Origin: Raillietiella orientalis
Taxonomy: Eukaryota
Assembly (NCBI GenBank): GCA_036172245.1
Contig: JAYWIR010000003.1
Span: forward strand, 930,001 to 994,000
Direction of reading: 5' to 3'
DNA: 64,000 bases
Shown here: positions 50,523-64,000 of the stretch, one piece after another
Layout of the letters: each line of letters opens with the position of its first letter
Position numbering within the stretch: the first letter of the stretch is position 1
Made by a program: the position numbers and the translations under genes
Notes under the pieces: model-generated
What the model was told of the DNA's origin: nothing
Databases searched by the model: none
The model's input: the letters and a program-made list of their open reading frames with translations, nothing else

Positions 50523-52049
50523 TTAGATTAAATCCTCTGTATCAACAGTGCTGATGGCTGCAAGGTGCTTTAAATGTAGCCGCACTTTGTGGCGCATGTG
50601 AACCAATCGTTTGTGGTATTTCTTACGAACATGGTAGCTCCTGTAGGCTGCCTAAGCAAACAGCTACAGTTTGTGTTCAACTGAATGCTGCTTACTTGAA
50701 TTTTAATAGCAGCAGCCCATTTCTTTTTGTTCCATTCCTCTTTGCTTCTCTTAAGCTCCTCCTCTTCTTGCATTTTTTTTATCATGGGAAGATACTCAGC
50801 ATCAATTTGCACCAAGTGATTCTGTTTTCTTTATTTTCTACCACTACTTCTATTCATGTACCTGTTTGTGGGCAATTAGTTTTTCATTTCTCTCTTCTTC
50901 TTCCAACAACTGACGTATTTTTCTGTCTTTTTTAAACATCTCTGCATCATATTTTTCTATCCACATGGCAGCTTCCAACTTTAGCTTGTATCTGTAAAGA
51001 GTGCAGATAATATTGGCAAGTTAAGTTAACCTTTTTTTTCTCTGTTCTTCTTCTTTTGCTTGATTCTGTTTTTGCAACTGATGCAGCTTTTCGAGTATGG
51101 CATTTCTTTCTTTCATCAGCTGCCCTTGGCGGATGGCGCTATTTTTTTCATTGTTTTCAGATGTATTACTAGCATTTTCTCTAAGAATGATTTCAGTGAT
51201 TTCATTAATCGATACAGGAATTTGAGTACCTCATTTCAAAGATTATTTTGTTACCAGCAAGGATTGTTTCTTCAGTCTCTTGCAGCAATTGCTTCCTTTT
51301 CCGTTCCTTTTCCATCAGTATTTGTTCTTTCGAGGAAATAACGTGTTGCATTTCAGTCTGCAGATTTCCAATGGTTTCGGCATTTTTTATCACGATTCCT
51401 TGCATCTAACAGAATGTTCAGGCTAATTTTTTTTTTATTTTTTTCTAAGGAATTTTCAAACCTGTTCCATGTGCTTAATCCAGGATTTAATTGTTTCTGA
51501 TTTAATGTAAAGCCTGGTTACTAATTTTTCTCTCAGTTCTTTCATGGCTCTTAGCAGATCATAATTCGGTGCGTTTTCTACGAGCAGCTTGGAGTGTTTT
51601 TTGAAATATTCCCAAACTGTCCATTTTTTCCTGAAGAGATCGATAAGTTCTTGAATGCATTTTTTAGCCGAAACCGGATCGAGATCAGTTTGTGCCTTTG
51701 ATCCCAAGGGAGCCAACTCCTGAACCATAAGGATGCCCTCCGTGGACCCGGAGTGTTTCATCTTTTCCGAGTCCGAGACCACGTAAGACGAGAGCGTTTC
51801 CTCGGGGGGGTCATCGTGGGAAGCATCCACGGCTGCTGCTGCACATCGACTCACCCTGCGAGCGGCGTCCTCACCAAACAGTTCTCCAACCATCTCCTCG
51901 TGCCGTGGGGTTTCCCGCAGCAGGATGGCGATTTCCATGTTTCGAATGCACGTGTCGAGTATGTTCAGAATCAGCTTCTCGTTTCGGGTCAACGAGGGCT
52001 TTGAATCGCATAACAATTTGTCACGGAGGGTGTCCGAACCCTTCCTCAT
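50523..52049 (-). CDS. IQCD: IQ domain-containing protein D / dynein regulatory complex subunit 10
   Basis: Hand-spliced minus-strand exons: 52049-51462, 51405-51230, 51180-51031, 50991-50862, 50821-50696, 50651-50523. GT-AG introns of 56, 49, 39, 40 and 44 nt give 1299 nt = 432 aa + stop. The N-terminal SKPSLTRNEKLILNILDTCIRNMEIAILL...GELFGED, the coiled coil with RKKRYKLKLEAAMWIEKYDAEM and the C-terminal IQ motif AAIKIQAAYRSYHVRK match IQCD as I recall it. Confidence 0.88.
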
Positions 52050-52650
52050 GGCTGCCGCGGCGGTCGATCCCGACGTTCCGCGGGGGCGGCGGCCCGAAGG
52101 CAGCGGTCGCCAGGCGGATCGATTGTTGGGTCGAAGGACGGGGGTGGGGGTGGACTCGCCTCCCGTCCGTGCTCGATCCCTCGGAACGTCATCCCGTGGT
52201 CCCTCCAGCGCGCCTGCGTGGATCCGCCATTCCTCCCCGTGGCTCGAAAGGAGCCGGGGACTCCCGGGAAATTCCAGGAAGGAACCGTGCCGGGAGGGGG
52301 AGGGGGATCTCCCCCCCGTGGCGCCATTTCACCGACCGCCGAAGCGGACGAAACGCACGAATCGTTTTGTAAGCTGCGAGTAAGTGTTCAGGAGAAAGGA
52401 GGAGGAGGGAAAAAAAAAAACAAAAACACGCAGACATGGAAACCGCGGGCCGGGGTCAGTCCGTCAGCCTGCGCGCCCCGTTTTCCGGTGGTCGACTGGG
52501 GCGAGCGATGCGCACGTCCTCCGCGGGCCGTCCGCCGCCGCCACGACCTCAGCCGCAAGAGCTGGAGAGGTGTGCGCGGAGCACCTGCCTCGGAGCAAGA
52601 AGAAGAAAATCTTCATGCGGGCCAGCGAAAAATAAGCAGAGATGAAAGGT
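51750..52650. promoter_or_regulatory. GC/CpG-rich island covering the IQCD first exon and promoter
   Basis: Abrupt switch from the AT-rich, CpG-poor RBM19/IQCD gene bodies to dense CpG sequence around and upstream of the IQCD ATG at 52049. Confidence 0.5.
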
Positions 52651-54299
52651 TGGTGTAGATAAGTGGGTGTGATGTAATTGAATGGAATCGTAGATTTCAC
52701 GGAGCACCCATTGTTCTATTACAGTTTACTCATCCCTGTTACAATACCAACCGTTTTGTTCTTGTGGTACTGGGCGTGGTTGGGCATTCAGTTGTACATT
52801 AATAATTGAAGGTGTTGCTTTTTGATGGCGGTAAGTGCATTAAACATGGACGCTGGGATGCTCAGAATTCCTTTTAGAGTCGAGAGTCTGTTTGTGAAGG
52901 TTTAATCCGCAGTAGTCTGTGCACATGTGTTTAGGAATGCAAGTGTCATGTGCATCTCAGCGAATCAGAAGGGGTTCAGACTTTCTAAACCCTCGTAATC
53001 TTTTGGAAGACGTTCAGTGTTGGCCTATACTGCCCAGCCATCAAGTATTTCTTAGTTGTGCTATGCCAGCTGACAAAAGAACTGTTTGCTTAAATCCTGT
53101 GCAAGAGAGCTTCGGCAAATTCAGCTCTTTCAGTTTTGCTACTTAATGGACACTGAAGTAAAAAGATTACATTCAACCATCAAGTTCACAGGCATTCAGT
53201 TGTTGTTTCCTTCCCTCCTGCCCTTGAATATGCCAAGTTCAAACTCTTCCTTTCATTGGATTTCGGCATTGGGATATTCAGTCGAGAATCTCTCTGCTTA
53301 AAAGTTTGCCATATTAAATTTTACGATTTGTGCTATATTTAATACCAATAAAAATGCAGTTTTCTGTGTTCCCATTGTGTTTGGCCGGTAAGTTCCACCT
53401 GGCTGTCTTGCTGTGCATGTTTTTAGGATAAATGCTGGAATCGTAAGATAACTGCAAAAGAAAAGATGGGCACATTCAATCAGAAGTGTGCATTGCTAAT
53501 TTCGGAAAGTTTTCTCGTTTAACTATTATATTAACGATCATTAGTGTGTTTGTAGCATTCACACTGAAGTGTTGCAAAATCCGTATATTGTTTTTTATGG
53601 CCCATTTCTAGCAAGAAAATCATAGACTAAAACTTGTGCAAGTCCTCAGGTTCACTTTTGTGTGCTAATAACTACAAAAACAGAACAAACGACGTACAAC
53701 TTTAGCAATGTCCGGGCTTCAGGGAGCAAACATGGAAATGGCCAATTAAGGAAAAGAAAAATGAATTAAGGCAAGACGAATTGGTCGGTAAATGTCTTTA
53801 CTGTTCAATAGTGAGTTGTCATCAGCTTTCCTACTGGAGAATGTTCCTCATTTTCCAATTTGGCTTATCTTTTATAAACATATCCTAGGCTATCTAGTCA
53901 AGTCAGAATTCAGCTGCCTTACATCATGCTGCAGAATAAATTAAATTTCGCATTTGGCGCATTCAAATGTTTGAACTTGTATCAGGAATTTAACGAAAAT
54001 ATTCAATTTATGAGTGACTGTAGAAAAAAATGTGTGCTTAAAGTTTAACTGCATTGACTGCATGTGAAAATATGTTAGCAACATGGTGGTGATCCATTAT
54101 GATTGCTGGTTGGGGTGCAGTGAAAATTGTCAATTTGAAAACTATTATTCCCAGTGATACACTGGTTCCATTAATACGTTAAGCTTCTTTGAATGGTGTA
54201 TCAATTCAACCTGAATCTATACCCCAATAATGGTAATTATTATTGATGATAGGTGGTATCTGTTATTGCTGTTGGTTGCTATTGACGATAACAAGGTAA

Positions 54300-55620
54300 C
54301 CCAGTGCACATTGGCTTTAGGAAATTATGGTGAGCAGTATGATGCAGCAATAGCAGAAGAAGTTCAGCATAATTATCTGCAAAGACACCATTAAAGCAAT
54401 GATTGCAAGAGGAGTAGCTTTATTGTGTGCTTCAAGGAAACAGGCCCACTTTATGCAAACAGGAGGTATTGCAGCATGGGTGACACTCAGCAGTCCAATC
54501 TCAGGAAATGTTGAAGAGCAATAATGATTTTCCTCTTTTCTAACCTAGTTATCTTGATGAAACGATTGGGTCTACTCTTCATATCCAAAAAATGTGGAGG
54601 CTTGTTTATGCGTATTCATTTGTTGAGAGTGCTGTTCCAGGTTTGGCCTCAGATTCCGAGATACTTTTCATTGTTGGCGAATTTTTTCCCAAAGAGAGTG
54701 ATTCAGATTGCAGTATCAGTATTTTGGGCCGATGACTCAGCTACTTGGGTGTGGAAATGAACTAGAGAAACAAGGACATGCCTTGATGATGGCATGGATT
54801 TGAAGAGAGGTTGAACTTGGAAACAGCTGAGGTCTGCCTTCTATCTGAACCTAGCTAAAGGTGCAAGAGTTCTAGGAAAGCTAGTGGAGTTGGATCTTAA
54901 ACTGTAATGTTTACAATAATGCAAATGAATGCCAGTTTATGAATTCAAAAGGAGATACGAGACCTGCATAGTTATGTATAACGATATGAGACCATGCAAC
55001 CTTGATAACTATAGGTGCCAAGACATACGGAATGACGAAGGATCGTTTGGTTATTGAACATTCGGAACTTCATTCTTTTGTTCTCTTCTGTAAGGGACAG
55101 GATGATGGTCAGTTCGTTGACAGATGCAGCAAACACTGAAAAACCAGAAGATTAAGGATGGATGTGAAGACTGTGTCCCGGATTTCAATCCAGAGTGGAA
55201 GACTTGAGAAGACTGCTTCGCATCTACATAGGATACCTAATGAAGAAGTAGCTCAAGGTGGAAAATCATGTGTAATGCATGTGTGATCTCATCAGTGTAA
55301 TGCAATGCATGCTGCATTCCGAGAGAGATTGGCTGAGGGCATCCATTTGAATGAGATCTGATTGTGAGATCAGCGTTATCTTTGGATACACTGATGAAAG
55401 TGGAGCTCAAGAAAACTTAGCGAAGACTTCGAAAAGGCTCTCGACCAAAATTCCCGCCAACCTAAGTAACCAATTCCCACCTTAGGTTGACTGACTGCAG
55501 CACTGCGTGTCGCATTAGTTTGCAGTGGTGCACTGCGAGATGGCCAAGTCCAAGCCGAGCATATGGAGAATGGCCAGCTTGGACTGAAATTACAGAAAGA
55601 TGTGAAGAGACGTGGCCACA
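54300..55620 (+). mobile_element. Degenerate RTE-like non-LTR retrotransposon ORF2 relic
   Basis: AVSVFWADDSA (catalytic F/YADD position), FYLNLAKG (GL.LN..K), DLRRLLRI plus RIPNEEV (LRRILRI.W.DR+.NEEV), RDWLRASI*MRSD (RWLGH+.RM.D). Confidence 0.55.
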
Positions 55621-55899
55621 TTAACTGACAGAGTGGTCCACAGTGTCCGTTCTACTCGTGTTATAAGAATGCGGATGAGTTCAATGCTATGGGTCTCCAA
55701 ACTGTGGACGCGTGAATTGCTCCACATGAGTAATTGGCGTGAATGACTGAACATATACAATGCGTTGCAGTATTTCTTCTGTTGTGTATGTGTGTGTGTT
55801 TTTCAATTCACGTCTCTTTCTCCAATCCGTTAGAGATCCGTTTTTTCCGTCGCGTTTTGCCCATGTCCGGAAGCTTCCGTTTTTTTTTTTTTTTTACTG

Positions 55900-56900
55900 A
55901 TCAGTGTTTCCTCACAACCCTTCTCCCGAATCATTTGCTATCCGCACATGACACAAACACGATCGGCTTCTACTACAGATGGGTATCCCAAATTGACGAA
56001 TGCAGTTGCCGAATTCAAGGCAGTGAAATTCGGGTACCTTCCAGGTCCCGACTTGGCGCCTCTCGAAGACGTTTCTCGTGGCTTGCACTTTTGCTCCACA
56101 GCCCTTCCGGGATCCTTTCCTTGATCTCTGCAGTTGGCGCTTTTCTTCGGGGTCTGAGGAATGGTCCAGAGCCCCAACGGCTACCGAAGAGCGGGGAATT
56201 GGGATTTCGTTTGCACGGAAGAGAGCAGCGGGCGGTTGGCGACAGCACCAAACCGACTCGACCCTGTCGCACTTGCGTCTGCCAAGGCGTGCGGAAGGAC
56301 TGCCTTTGAGTATTGGCAGTTTTCATCTTTCACGATCTTTTTAAGATCCGAAAGTGCGAAACGCGAGCCTCTGGAGTTTACGAGCTGAGTCGCGATACAT
56401 CTTGGAGAGGTGCCTTCGCTTCCCAGCGTTTAAGTGCATAGCTGGAGAAAGGAAAGCGAGGAGAAATTTCACATGCACGATTATTTTCCCCCTTCTCAAA
56501 TTAAGAATTCGGATTTTCATTCCCCTACAGCCATTCGATTCGAGCTGCTGCAACTGTGGACTTCGGAACTCTTCAGGACAATTCAGTGGAGAGAAAAAGG
56601 AAAGACCGTGGAACGGCGCCGTGAATTTCGAGAGCGTTCTTTCGGCAGGGAAGCGCGCGCGGGGTGAGCACCGCAAATGGGACACTCTCTCCCTCGGGCG
56701 AGACACCCTTCTTCCTACGAGCTTCACGGTCTTCCAGCTGCAAAATCGTCTCGTTGGAAACGCCGGTGAAAGAAGGTTTCGAGTCTTGCGCTGCCTCGTT
56801 TCCGGACGGAAAACTGCCCAGGGGTCGTCGTCGGATCTTCCGTCTATTGCCACACGTGGTGACCATCTTCAGTGGTGGTGGTTCACGTGCGATGACCACG
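55900..56900 (-). mobile_element. Degenerate RTE-like reverse transcriptase relic (minus strand)
   Basis: KIRILNLRRGK (I.L+.KKG), RGAKSGPGRYPNFTALNSATAFVNL (RGVRQGD..SP.LFT..LE..F..L). Weak. Confidence 0.3.
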
Positions 56901-57058
56901 CACCAGAAAGGAAAACCCGCCGCGTGACCCCTGCAGAAAAAACATCCACAAACCAACCCGGACGCACGCGGCATCTCTCCCGCGTTGCCGGCAGCTCTGA
57001 AAAATTCGAGCCGCTCTTCAAGCACCGAATCGTCTGTGTAAATCTCTAGACGGTAACA

Positions 57059-57064
57059 TTTATT
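57059..57064 (-). promoter_or_regulatory. Distal polyadenylation signal (AATAAA) of the Srrm234 eMIC isoform
   Basis: Plus-strand TTTATT about 135 nt downstream of the eMIC-exon stop codon, in an AT-rich 3' UTR-like stretch. Confidence 0.6.
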
Positions 57065-57198
57065 AGCAAAATGATATTACAAATTATTTGAAATCACAAA
57101 CCATGTATAACAAAGAAGCTAAATGATTACAGGCTGACTAGATCAGTTGCCTAGAAACGTGTGGAGATCATGGCGAGATCGACGCCCGCGCGTGCGGT

Positions 57199-64000
<6,802 letters not shown>

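Overview
Eukaryotic (animal, most likely arthropod) genomic DNA with four protein genes that I could reconstruct by hand. (1) A tramtrack-type BTB/C2H2 zinc-finger gene (+, 36459-37880). (2) RBM19, the six-RRM ribosome biogenesis factor (+, 47110-50467, 13 exons). (3) IQCD/DRC10, convergent with RBM19 and only 55 bp away (-, 52049-50523, 6 exons). (4) The 3' half of Srrm234 (SRRM2/3/4 family; -, from beyond 64000 to 57199), which ends in a split eMIC (enhancer of microexons) domain. Most introns are only 36-56 nt with weak or absent polypyrimidine tracts. The Srrm234 locus is the most interesting part. It has a candidate proximal poly(A) short isoform, an AG|GT site or poison exon, a frame-coupled exon pair, a candidate 18-nt microexon with an adjacent stop cassette, a long (UC)n tract and a divergent eMIC motif. 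Together these suggest a layered switch controlling eMIC production, which is inference only. The rest of the window is a GC/CpG-rich domain (about 1-27 kb) and AT-rich, CpG-poor gene bodies. Both contain very degenerate relics of non-LTR (mostly RTE-like) retroelements, plus P-element-like and pogo-like transposase relics, all recognised by eye from motif order only. Most long ORFs in the GC-rich part are artefacts. No rRNA, tRNA or CRISPR array was seen.
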